A stretch of DNA of 64,000 nt from an uncultured virus (IMG/VR IMGVR_UViG_3300025701_000008) (lineage: Duplodnaviria; Heunggongvirae; Uroviricota; Caudoviricetes), in IMG/VR virus record IMGVR_UViG_3300025701_000008, one strand, 5' to 3'. Numbering within the stretch: the first letter of the stretch is position 1; each line of letters starts with the position of its first letter. The notes beneath the pieces were generated by a model. It was not told the origin of the DNA. It did no database searches and saw nothing but the letters and a program-made list of their open reading frames with translations. A program made the position numbers and the translations under genes. Shown in pieces: positions 35,167 through 44,126 of the stretch.

Positions 35167-36134
35167 TATCCGTTTTTATAAATGTATTCTAATGCTTTAT
35201 CTGCTTCAACGTGCATGGGCCTACTCTCATACCAATTACCCGTATCACGGTCAAACTCTCGACAGAGTTCTTCTATTTGCCGTGCGGTAAGTGGATATCC
35301 TTTCGAATATGCGGTTCCCGCAGTAGCAACCATTATCTGGTACATCTTGGCATACCAACCAGTATCACTGATTGTCTGGTATTCTACAGCAAGACGTTTT
35401 GGAAAGAAAGGGCAATCCCTATATCCATTCCATCTGTAGTCGGTGTTATTTAGAGAGTTTTTACGGTGTTGTATCACCACCTGTTGCATCTCTAAAGGTA
35501 AGTTGTCAAAAAAAGAATTACCCGTCTTTTCGTGGTAAGGATGTTTAGCAATCATCTCCGACACATTCATGGCAACACCTTTATTCTCGAAAAAGAATGA
35601 CCACGCGTTTGGGTACTGAGCAGGCACATAATACATACGTGCCAAGTCTTTAGTCTGAGGGTCACCAATTTCACCAAGTTCGGTATTGAGTGCGTACCAG
35701 AACGCTTTGATGCGGTCGTGTTCTACCTGTTCGTCTAATCTAAAAACGATACGAAACTTTGGATAACTCTCGGTATCTTTAGGATGTGTAGGCGCTCGAG
35801 AACTGGCGGTATTGTAAACAACATAATCATACTGACCGAAGTCTTCCCGTAATGCGTCTTCTAATGCCTCTAAAGATGTTGTAGGATAATTATGGTCATC
35901 CACATCAACGCAACACCAACCACCCCAATATGAAGTATTTCGATTAGCGCGCGTCGTACCGTCCTCGAAAACAGCAGGAGTAATAAGAGGAGAAGAATTA
36001 TTTCCACCTTTTTGACCTTCTTGATTGCTTAGACCGCATAACAATTCCACAAACTTATCCCACGTTGGAAGTGAGACTCGTCTATGGGTCTTGTTATCGA
36101 ACTGATTTTTAAATATAGTTAATTCGTAATTCAT
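35166..36134 (-). CDS. Archaeo-eukaryotic primase (prim-pol)-like protein
   Basis: VDVDD, YNTAS, KFRIVF, DPQTKDLARMYYVP, plus a helical C-terminal domain. Confidence 0.65.
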   Translation of the reverse strand: MNYELTIFKNQFDNKTHRRVSLPTWDKFVELLCGLSNQEGQKGGNNSSPLITPAVFEDGTTRANRNTSYWGGWCCVDVDDHNYPTTSLEALEDALREDFGQYDYVVYNTASSRAPTHPKDTESYPKFRIVFRLDEQVEHDRIKAFWYALNTELGEIGDPQTKDLARMYYVPAQYPNAWSFFFENKGVAMNVSEMIAKHPYHEKTGNSFFDNLPLEMQQVVIQHRKNSLNNTDYRWNGYRDCPFFPKRLAVEYQTISDTGWYAKMYQIMVATAGTAYSKGYPLTARQIEELCREFDRDTGNWYESRPMHVEADKALEYIYKNG

Positions 36135-36140
36135 GTGACC

Positions 36141-36169
36141 ATTATACCATAATATAGAGTGCCTGTCAA
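36141..36169 (-). promoter_or_regulatory. sigma70-like promoter
   Basis: TTGACA-17-TATAAT with TG. Confidence 0.7.
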
Positions 36170-36540
36170 CCGAAGAAATCCTCCAGTGAAGCTACGGGTT
36201 CTGCGTTCATATATTCTCTAAAACCATTTTCAGATAGACCCCTAATAAAAAAAGTATGCCAGTTAGTAGAATTATCTTTATTCAATCTATACCAATGAAG
36301 AATATTTCTATCCTCTCTATACTTTTTCATAGAGTGATTATCGGTGTTCCAAGCATTTTTTATAGACCACGGTACACCATCTACAATATAATCTACACCT
36401 TCGGGTCTATTCTTATCACGACCAACAAAGACGATATTATCACTCAATCCCGTGTTTATATAATCTTCTAAATATCTACCAATATTCTGTTGACATCTTC
36501 GTATATTTTTATATGTTTCTATCTCGTCCTTGGTAAACAT
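36166..36540 (-). CDS. Small PD-(D/E)XK nuclease, SinI/Eco47II restriction-enzyme-like
   Basis: NIGRYLEDYI...GVDY...SIKNAWNTDNHS (KNxxN[T/S]xN motif); AT-rich relative to neighbours. Confidence 0.5.
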   Translation of the reverse strand: MFTKDEIETYKNIRRCQQNIGRYLEDYINTGLSDNIVFVGRDKNRPEGVDYIVDGVPWSIKNAWNTDNHSMKKYREDRNILHWYRLNKDNSTNWHTFFIRGLSENGFREYMNAEPVASLEDFFG

Positions 36541-36553
36541 TTGTTCTATAATG

Positions 36554-39049
36554 TTATCCAAAGAAGTCCTCCAGTGACGACGGAGGTTCCGCGTCCCAAC
36601 CAACCGCATCAAGAATGGGAGTAAGTGGGTCTAGGAAACTTTTAGTAAACATCAGGTCATAATCGATATGAGTATGTAGACGCAACTCTTTTGGCATATT
36701 AAGTGGGTATGATATAACATTCTGACCCAAGTAATTAGGAACTTTCAGATAAACGAACTTAATCTTCTCGCCCGTCTGGACTTCCTGATACTTCTGTGTC
36801 AGGCCGTGAGTCTTCAATGCGGCATTGTAACACAACGCACCGCGCACATGAATCGGAGTACCTTTCTTGAAGATAGTCTTGCGGTCTACCCATTTGTTCA
36901 GGGCAGATATACCACGAGGGAATGAAATATCTTCGGGCGGTAAGGTTCTGAAATGGGACTTAAAGTCAGAAATGTACCGTTGTGTGTCCGATTCGGTACC
37001 TTCTACGATAACCCGAAAGATTTCCTTGAACTTGTCACGCACGACCGAAGGTGTCGAAGACTTGATTGCCTCGATACCCATCATCTTGAGTTTAGGTTCT
37101 GCGTATTGGACACCCTCGTTGTTATGTACATTCAGGATGTAACGTTTCTTAGCCATCCAGATACCACGGTCAGCGATAACCTCACGTCCCATCTCCATAC
37201 GATTACTATATGCGCCAGTAATCTTCGCCATCTCTGCGTAAGATGTTTCCAGAACTTTCTCAAAGTGTTCGGAACAAATCTTGTCTAGGAATTTAACAGG
37301 GTCTTTAGGAGCAAACTTATCAACCAAGGCACCCATACGAATATAAACAGAGTCGGTATCAATTGCCACAACGTAGTCTTCATCTGTTTTAAGGAGGTTT
37401 TGCATTTCATTGTTAACGGCTCTCTCTGCCCATTTGATTGCGAGTTGTCCCGCAATAGTAATTGATTCCGCAACACGCTGATCGAAATATCTGAAGTAGC
37501 GATTCCCAAGGGCCCCATAAAGTGAATTCATAAGAATCTTGATGGCGGCCTGTTTATTGTTCAGTGAGGTAATCTTATACTGGAGCGCCTTAGATGGATT
37601 ATGCTGATACTCTTGTTGAAGTTCCAACATCTCTTTCTTGACTACCCGACGTTCCGAATAGTATTGTTCGATGATTGAAGGAACAACACCTTTTCGGTCG
37701 TGCGAGAATCTAACACCAGTAGGCGCAATAGAATGACTGAGTGTAGAATAATCGAAGTCATCACCATACATAGTACCGTCTAGTATTTTATCCACAGACA
37801 TATTTGGAACAATACCATCCAACACCGTCTCGGGTGACATATTGTATTGAACAATGATGTTAGGATATAGAGAGTTCAAATCGAAAGAGGTTACCCATTC
37901 GTGCGAACCGACTTGAGGTTCTTTCACGTAACCACCCGCAAACGCGGACTTAGGTTTGTCGGTTTTAGGTGGAACGACAATCTGTTTCGCGTTCAGCATA
38001 CGATAGATGATGCTGTCCCAGATATTAGTAGTACCTAGGGTATCACCGTAGTTGGCGCCTGCCTTATATGCCATAGTCAGGATAAGAGAGATGAGGTCGA
38101 GTTTCTCGTCCAACGCATGAACGAGTTCAACATCCTTAATGTTATAGTCAATGAACTTCTGGTAATCTTCTTTGTAGAGATTAAACAGGGTGCCGTGTTC
38201 TTCGTAGTTGATTTTACGCTCACCAAGTTCGACAGTCGCGATGTGGTCGAGACGATACGATTCTTGTTGGGTATATGTGAACTTCTTGTAAACATCCAAG
38301 TAATCGAGATGCTCAATACCTTCAAGGATATATTCCTGAACCTTCTTACCAAAGTATTCCCGATTGCGCTCGCGGATGATACCCCAAGGTGATAGTTTAG
38401 ACAGTAGAGTCTCGTCACCAAATAGATTACGCGTACGGTTGATGATATACGGAATATCAAATCCCATAGTGTTCCAGCCAGTAATTACGTCGGGAGTATG
38501 GCGACTCCAGTGGTCAATAAACTTACGCAACAAATCCATCTCGTTATCGCATTTGATAAACAAGACATCTTTACGTGTGACCACATAGTCATTCAGACCC
38601 CACACCCAATAGATACCGTCGTTCTTGCGTAACGTAATAGAGATGACAGGATGTTCGGCCTTACTAGGTTCAGGGAATCCCGCGTCAGACGCAACCTCAA
38701 TATCGAAGTTAGTGACTTCCACCGAAGAACGGTCGAAGTCGATATCGGTCGGGAATTTTTTAGCGATGTACTGATACACCATGTTATTCATACCGTACAC
38801 ATTGACGTTAGAAACGTCACGATACAGTTTATCAAACTCGGTCGCCTCAGACATAGAGTCGAAAGTCACGGGCGCGACATTCTGACCGTCTAGGGTTTTC
38901 CAAGGTGAGGTTTTGTCACTATTGACAAATAGAGTGGGTTTAAACGCAATCTTTTTCTTGACGCGTTCGCCATTTTTGTATCCGCGATACAGCAAGTTAT
39001 TGCCGCGACGGACAACTGAGGTATAGAATTCTTTAGTATTTTTTATCAT
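36554..39049 (-). CDS. 43: Family B DNA polymerase gp43
   Basis: FDIEV, SFDLNSLYP, KILMNSLYGALGN, IDTDS, KKRY. Confidence 0.97.
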   Translation of the reverse strand: MIKNTKEFYTSVVRRGNNLLYRGYKNGERVKKKIAFKPTLFVNSDKTSPWKTLDGQNVAPVTFDSMSEATEFDKLYRDVSNVNVYGMNNMVYQYIAKKFPTDIDFDRSSVEVTNFDIEVASDAGFPEPSKAEHPVISITLRKNDGIYWVWGLNDYVVTRKDVLFIKCDNEMDLLRKFIDHWSRHTPDVITGWNTMGFDIPYIINRTRNLFGDETLLSKLSPWGIIRERNREYFGKKVQEYILEGIEHLDYLDVYKKFTYTQQESYRLDHIATVELGERKINYEEHGTLFNLYKEDYQKFIDYNIKDVELVHALDEKLDLISLILTMAYKAGANYGDTLGTTNIWDSIIYRMLNAKQIVVPPKTDKPKSAFAGGYVKEPQVGSHEWVTSFDLNSLYPNIIVQYNMSPETVLDGIVPNMSVDKILDGTMYGDDFDYSTLSHSIAPTGVRFSHDRKGVVPSIIEQYYSERRVVKKEMLELQQEYQHNPSKALQYKITSLNNKQAAIKILMNSLYGALGNRYFRYFDQRVAESITIAGQLAIKWAERAVNNEMQNLLKTDEDYVVAIDTDSVYIRMGALVDKFAPKDPVKFLDKICSEHFEKVLETSYAEMAKITGAYSNRMEMGREVIADRGIWMAKKRYILNVHNNEGVQYAEPKLKMMGIEAIKSSTPSVVRDKFKEIFRVIVEGTESDTQRYISDFKSHFRTLPPEDISFPRGISALNKWVDRKTIFKKGTPIHVRGALCYNAALKTHGLTQKYQEVQTGEKIKFVYLKVPNYLGQNVISYPLNMPKELRLHTHIDYDLMFTKSFLDPLTPILDAVGWDAEPPSSLEDFFG

Positions 39050-39055
39050 GTGGCC

Positions 39056-39084
39056 ATTATAGATTAATATGTACGTTATGTCAA
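39056..39084 (-). promoter_or_regulatory. sigma70-like promoter of g43
   Basis: TTGACA-17-TATAAT. Confidence 0.7.
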
Positions 39085-39087
39085 GAG

Positions 39088-39120
39088 AAAAAATCGGAAA
39101 GGATTAATATCACCTTCCCG
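39088..39120 (-). terminator. Terminator closing the C5-MTase/CmoA operon
   Basis: CGGGAAGG...CCTTTCCG followed by ATTTTTT. Confidence 0.6.
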
Positions 39121-39142
39121 TGACGTTTATAAAATAGTACTA

Positions 39143-39856
39143 TTACTTTAGGGCAATAGCACCCACAAATAGGTGGTTCATCCAGAACGGTTGAATCTTA
39201 GTCGAATCAAAACCAACTGAGGTCAGTAGACTGATAAGGTCATTCCAAGTCATCGGTTTCAACATAGTTCGGAGAGTCTTTTCTTTCTCCATAATATCTT
39301 CATAGGTAAAGTGCTGTGCCTTATACTCATAGAACGTGGAGGTCATCATGTCTTGAATACGTGAGTTCTCCGCATAGGTCTTCTCGGCAAAGATAAACGC
39401 ACCACCTTCGTTGAGACCATCATAGATGTTCTGTAGTACTTTCTTTCTCCATAAAGGTTGCATAAACTGTAACGTAAAGATAGATGTCACAAGGGAACAA
39501 TTCTCGAAGTTGTGGTGGATGATGTTTTTGTTTTGAAAACAGACGTGGTGACCATCTTCGTTAAGTCTTGTCTGTCGCTCAGTCATTTCGTTTTGAAATA
39601 CTGGAGCATACTCAACACCACAGTAATGTGCGTTAGGAGCAGTAGTATGATTCTGTTCAATCATTGCTTCGATAGTCTTACCTGTACTACATCCAATGTC
39701 AACAACCTTGGTGTCGTTCTCTACAAAGTAACGTGATAGGTTTACCACGTCATCATGGAGCGTGGAGTAGTGACGAATCGAAGCATCGATGTGATTATCG
39801 AAACCTTCTTCGCGGTGACCAAACGTAAAGTCTTTATACTTCTCTCTATCTTTCAT
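39143..39856 (-). CDS. cmoA: CmoA-like carboxy-S-adenosylmethionine synthase
   Basis: FDNHI..SI.HY, DIGCSTG, FTLQF, LNEGGAFIFAEK; follows the CmoA pattern DLGCSLG/FTLQF/GGALVLSEK. Confidence 0.75.
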   Translation of the reverse strand: MKDREKYKDFTFGHREEGFDNHIDASIRHYSTLHDDVVNLSRYFVENDTKVVDIGCSTGKTIEAMIEQNHTTAPNAHYCGVEYAPVFQNEMTERQTRLNEDGHHVCFQNKNIIHHNFENCSLVTSIFTLQFMQPLWRKKVLQNIYDGLNEGGAFIFAEKTYAENSRIQDMMTSTFYEYKAQHFTYEDIMEKEKTLRTMLKPMTWNDLISLLTSVGFDSTKIQPFWMNHLFVGAIALK

Positions 39857-40994
39857 TATACACCTTCAATACGTTCTCATAGACAGACTCAGCGACTGCT
39901 TTCATCATTAGTGGAGGAACCATACGACCAACACGTTCTGCCTTCTGGTTCCACTTACCCGTGAGTTTAAAATCATCAGGAAGTGACATTATACGCTTTA
40001 ATTCGCCTAGTGTCAACTTTCTCGATTCACTCCAGTGAAATGCGCCGGCAGTAGTGTCACCATTACCCATTGCGGTAAGAGTAGGGGCAGGGACTTCGAG
40101 AGATACACGTTTAAGGTTAAAATGGTGACCTTTAGGGTGATAATCCATACCGGTCAATACTTTCTTAGGAAAGGTCTCCATCTTAGAACCAGTCTGTTTC
40201 CAGTAGGCGGTTCTTTCAAACTTCTCGGTCAAATATTTTACTTCTTCCTCGTCATACTCCAGACCAACTAAAGCATCCTTGAGTGGTATCGCAGTTTTTG
40301 TTGGTTCTGGGAACAAGTGATTCATAGTTAAGATATTTAAACCGACAGCATCGGCAACATCTTGTCGCACGGCAATAAATATTACACGCGAACGAGTCTG
40401 CGAGACACCATAATAACGAGAGTCCATAACTTCAGAAACAACTTCATATCCAATGTTCTCAAACTCATTCAGGATACGGTTGTAATATTCTTTTGCCTCA
40501 CCAATAGTAAGACCTTTAACGTTCTCCGCAATAATAACCTTAGGCTGAATCTCGTTGGCGACACGCAAGAACTCAAAGAACAGGTCTTCGATATTTTCTA
40601 CAATTTTACCGTCAGAGTATTTTTTGGTCTGTCCCCACCCATCAGAATGTTTACCATCTGAAGAATGTGAAAGTTTACCAGCAACCGAAAAGGCAGAACA
40701 AGGAGGTGACCCATCGAGGATATCCAACTCACCTTTCTTGAGACCGACAAGGTCTAGAAAGTCTTGACCCGACAATTCTTTGATATCGTTGGGGATTATA
40801 GGTGTGGTAGGATAGTTATCTTTATATGTGTTACGTGCTTCTTCTACAAACTCGTTGATTGCGAGGATATCTCCACCAGCAAGACGATAACCAGTGGATG
40901 AACCGCCGCCACCTGCGAAGGTGGAGACGACATTAAATTTTTTCTTAGATGCCTCTAAATAAACATCTTCCAACATATATGGGGTGTAAGTCAT
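39846..40994 (-). CDS. DNA cytosine-C5 methyltransferase family, probable carboxymethyltransferase
   Basis: FAGGGG, GSPPC, ENV, QTRSR; motif X reads GRMVPP rather than GNAVP. Confidence 0.88.
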   Translation of the reverse strand: MTYTPYMLEDVYLEASKKKFNVVSTFAGGGGSSTGYRLAGGDILAINEFVEEARNTYKDNYPTTPIIPNDIKELSGQDFLDLVGLKKGELDILDGSPPCSAFSVAGKLSHSSDGKHSDGWGQTKKYSDGKIVENIEDLFFEFLRVANEIQPKVIIAENVKGLTIGEAKEYYNRILNEFENIGYEVVSEVMDSRYYGVSQTRSRVIFIAVRQDVADAVGLNILTMNHLFPEPTKTAIPLKDALVGLEYDEEEVKYLTEKFERTAYWKQTGSKMETFPKKVLTGMDYHPKGHHFNLKRVSLEVPAPTLTAMGNGDTTAGAFHWSESRKLTLGELKRIMSLPDDFKLTGKWNQKAERVGRMVPPLMMKAVAESVYENVLKVYNER

Positions 40995-41020
40995 AAATTA
41001 CCTCTATTAATATAACACGT

Positions 41021-41049
41021 AGTATAACACTATTTAGCGTGCCTGTCAA
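41021..41049 (-). promoter_or_regulatory. sigma70-like promoter of the C5-MTase/CmoA operon
   Basis: TTGACA-17-TATACT with TG. Confidence 0.65.
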
Positions 41050-41058
41050 GAGGATTTT

Positions 41059-41859
41059 TTAATCAATTACTTTAAAGAAATGATGACGTGTCCAAGGTTC
41101 ATTTTGATATCTGTCCGAATAACCGTGGTGGTCTTGCGTGACACAAAGTCGTTTTGAAATCACTTGAGTGGTAGGGTTAGGTATTCCAGTCCGGTGTCTG
41201 TCTGATTTATTAAAAGGTATTCCGATATCACGACCAACATATAGCGTATCACATTGATTCCAAGGATGTATGGCAGTATCATTTACCCCGTAGAAATCTA
41301 TATCAGGTTGTTCTAGATGACGTGTCGTGTATGTACGAAACAATCTTTGTAGCACACAGTAAGGCCCGCAATTGATAGGGAAGTTTTTTACAGTTAACAT
41401 ATAGTACGCCCAATGAGCAAAACTTTTATCCATAGAGTACATACCCATAAAAAGTCCTATATTCGCATACATAGTGTCCTTGGCAAAGTGTGTGGCCATC
41501 TTGAATGCGTCGAAGCGTTCTTCTATCATCCAAGTATCATGTTCAATAATCCAGAACTTCTCATCACTCTCTGCTTGCTGTCTCATCAATTCCCAATGAG
41601 AACACATACCCGCCTTTTCTGTAGGTGAATGGTCGTCCTTACCGTTACCTGAATTCAGGTCGACAGTCATCAAACTACGCGCCCAGTCATATTTGTCTAC
41701 ATGTTCTTGAAACGTATCAGACTCTGGAGTAATAGCATCAAATATTTCTATACCATCAATATATCCTTCGTCGATAGCACGTTGAAAAGAGTGTCGCGAT
41801 AGAGCAGCATACTCCTCCGACTTTTCATTACCTTTTATGACTATTTGTTTTACTTTCAT
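41059..41859 (-). CDS. GT25-like glycosyltransferase
   Basis: FDAI, EKAGMCSHWELM, IIEHD (compare GC..SH..W...LEDD). Confidence 0.6.
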   Translation of the reverse strand: MKVKQIVIKGNEKSEEYAALSRHSFQRAIDEGYIDGIEIFDAITPESDTFQEHVDKYDWARSLMTVDLNSGNGKDDHSPTEKAGMCSHWELMRQQAESDEKFWIIEHDTWMIEERFDAFKMATHFAKDTMYANIGLFMGMYSMDKSFAHWAYYMLTVKNFPINCGPYCVLQRLFRTYTTRHLEQPDIDFYGVNDTAIHPWNQCDTLYVGRDIGIPFNKSDRHRTGIPNPTTQVISKRLCVTQDHHGYSDRYQNEPWTRHHFFKVID

Positions 41860-42566
41860 ATTACCTGTATTCTATCCTGTGAGATGTGCCCATTATGGGT
41901 GCTTGGTACGTAACCGCGTTGAATATATTCCCAAGCTATACTATATCGATATCCGTTACTTTTGTTTTCATAACAACTATGAACCAAGTTGGGATGAAAG
42001 AATATGGCAAAACACTCTTCTAGTTCTATATCCAATATACCAGAGTGTGCGTCGTTAACGCTCATCCAGTTAAATATTCCATTATGACTTGATTTATGAT
42101 GACCATGATTTTCTAGGTGTGACCTTGGTATTACTCGGAGACAACCCCTTTCTTTAGTAGCACCTTGGACGAAAATGTCGCAACTTATTAACTTACTCGG
42201 ATCAGCTTTAATATAATGGTTATCTTGATGCCAACCCACCGAGAATCCAGTATAAGGTATCATCGGAAAGAACTTACTAATATACGTGTCTATTTCAGAT
42301 ATGTCAAGAAGTTCTTTAGCGATATCGACAAGTTTTCTATTCTGTCCAAGTCTCCGAAATATAGGATTAGACTTCATAGCACCATCTAGTTTACAGGGGT
42401 TATTGGGACTATTCATCACCCAACCATCACCGTTACTTAGTCGCTCCTCTCCTATATCCTTTAAGCGTCCACACTCAGCAATCAATTCAGCCTTAAACTC
42501 AAAATCAATCGGTTGACGTATAACGACATAACCTTCTGTGTTAAATTTACTTATATCGGTATTCAT
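41856..42566 (-). CDS. PhyH-family 2OG-Fe(II) dioxygenase
   Basis: EGYVVI, WHQD, GCLRVIPRSH, LVHSC..N...R. Confidence 0.85.
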   Translation of the reverse strand: MNTDISKFNTEGYVVIRQPIDFEFKAELIAECGRLKDIGEERLSNGDGWVMNSPNNPCKLDGAMKSNPIFRRLGQNRKLVDIAKELLDISEIDTYISKFFPMIPYTGFSVGWHQDNHYIKADPSKLISCDIFVQGATKERGCLRVIPRSHLENHGHHKSSHNGIFNWMSVNDAHSGILDIELEECFAIFFHPNLVHSCYENKSNGYRYSIAWEYIQRGYVPSTHNGHISQDRIQVI

Positions 42567-42580
42567 AACTGATATGCTCT

Positions 42581-42609
42581 ATTATAACCGAATTTATTGA
42601 ACTTGTCAA
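42581..42609 (-). promoter_or_regulatory. sigma70-like promoter
   Basis: TTGACA-17-TATAAT. Confidence 0.7.
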
Positions 42610-42611
42610 GG

Positions 42612-43451
42612 TCACAATTTATTTTCAACTGGATATCCTCGTAGGTATGAATAGTTTAATACGTAGTCCGGCCAGGAATCCTTGGGACTGTTAACCAACT
42701 TGTGATGGTCTTCTTTACTGAGAAAATCTGCTTGTTCTAATCGAACATGTACAAATTTAGTATCAGCATTCTTGTAATCTCGGTGTCTTATATTTAGATT
42801 ACCATCAATCATACTAAGTTGCGTTATGAGTTGAGAGTTCCATTCTGCTCCCATCAAGTGAACATCCACATCATGTAAATATATCATCATATGTATATAA
42901 GGTTGGTCACATGTAAAGAACTCATTTAGATTATAACGTGAGACGAATTTAATATACTTCCTCACATCCATCCATTTTTCTCTTGCCTGTAGTCTCGCAT
43001 GTTTTGAAAACATCACAACACCAGTATTAAGTATTCTAGGTAGTCCGTCCTTTCGGGTCGGTATGGTTACCCCAAATCTTTCTCTCACCGCAGTATTCCA
43101 TTTATACCACATATCGTGTTCATGTTCATTCAAGTCACCCACAAACCCTTCAGACACAATACCTATATCCCCATGAAAGTAATCAAAGATATTTTCATTT
43201 AGGTTTTCTATCGGGAATACATCGGTATCTACAAAAAGTATATCTTCATAGTCATCGAAGGAGGTGTCATATATTAATTTAAGTATTCCGAAATGCGGGG
43301 TGAAATTACCAACATTATATTGAAGAAATCTTGGGTTATCATCAAATTGGTATTGAACCCCAATACGTTGAGCATAATTACGCATAGCATCAACTCCAGC
43401 CTGACATGACTCCAGTATTTCCCCATCCCAATAACTGTATATTAGGTTCAT
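42612..43451 (-). CDS. GT-A glycosyltransferase (GT8/GT34-like)
   Basis: YAQRIG, LFVDTDV, NTGVV, DQ, WN, FVH. Confidence 0.7.
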   Translation of the reverse strand: MNLIYSYWDGEILESCQAGVDAMRNYAQRIGVQYQFDDNPRFLQYNVGNFTPHFGILKLIYDTSFDDYEDILFVDTDVFPIENLNENIFDYFHGDIGIVSEGFVGDLNEHEHDMWYKWNTAVRERFGVTIPTRKDGLPRILNTGVVMFSKHARLQAREKWMDVRKYIKFVSRYNLNEFFTCDQPYIHMMIYLHDVDVHLMGAEWNSQLITQLSMIDGNLNIRHRDYKNADTKFVHVRLEQADFLSKEDHHKLVNSPKDSWPDYVLNYSYLRGYPVENKL

Positions 43452-43464
43452 AATATATCCTCAT

Positions 43465-43490
43465 AAAAAAAAGGGGACATTACTGTCCCC
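43465..43490 (-). terminator. Rho-independent terminator after hsp20
   Basis: GGGGACA-GTAA-TGTCCCC followed by T8. Confidence 0.8.
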
Positions 43491-43582
43491 CCTTATTTAG
43501 TTATGCTAGAACTGTGAGACAATATATAATGGTTAATCCACTACATAATGTCGCGCACAATAAACCGATATTGTCTATACGA

Positions 43583-44038
43583 CTAGGTCTCGATGTACTC
43601 TTGGGCATTGTTTATTTCCTCGTTAGAATTGATTTTTATCTTACGAGGCTTCTGACTATCAGGTATTACGACTTCCAGTTTTACGGCAAGTAACCCATTC
43701 CTGAAATCAGCTCCAGTGACTTCAACATACTCCGACAGGCGAAACTGTCTCTCAAACTTCTTAGTTGAGATTCCTTTATGAATGTATTTCCTTCCACGGT
43801 CTTCATGCTGTCCCCGAACGGTCAAGGTTCTATTCTTTAGTTCGATATCAAGTTCTTCTTCGCTGAATCCAGCGATAGCCAACTCGATTAGATAGTGGTC
43901 TCCTCCAGTCTTAATAATGTTATGCGGAGGAAAACTATCGCCCGAGTTCCGAGAGACGCGGTCTAAATCATCAAACATAGAATCGAATCCTACGAATGCT
44001 GATCTTGGAAATAGTGATTTTGCTGCTGTGTTTGTCAT
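43583..44038 (-). CDS. Small heat-shock protein Hsp20 (IbpA-like)
   Basis: VGFD, FPPHNI, IELAIAGF, YIHKGIS, NGLL; AAGGAG SD. Confidence 0.92.
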   Translation of the reverse strand: MTNTAAKSLFPRSAFVGFDSMFDDLDRVSRNSGDSFPPHNIIKTGGDHYLIELAIAGFSEEELDIELKNRTLTVRGQHEDRGRKYIHKGISTKKFERQFRLSEYVEVTGADFRNGLLAVKLEVVIPDSQKPRKIKINSNEEINNAQEYIET

Positions 44039-44043
44039 GTATG

Positions 44044-44100
44044 ACTCCTTAATTAAAAGCAAGTAAAATTAGGGCACCCGAACAATTCGGCGTACCCCTG
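44044..44100 (-). promoter_or_regulatory. Structured 5' leader of hsp20, ROSE-like RNA thermometer
   Basis: GC-rich first hairpin, then ACUUGCUU pairs with the SD AAGGAGU leaving one bulged G. Confidence 0.55.
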
Positions 44101-44106
44101 CGGTGC

Positions 44107-44114
44107 TATTTATA
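44107..44114 (-). promoter_or_regulatory. T4 late promoter of hsp20
   Basis: TATAAATA. Confidence 0.7.
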
Positions 44115-44126
44115 CAAATAACAACC

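Noticed and set aside
36554..39049. Intein or split in gp43 (also checked gp41 and NrdA)
   Set aside because: Lengths and motif spacing are normal; no intein-like insertion.
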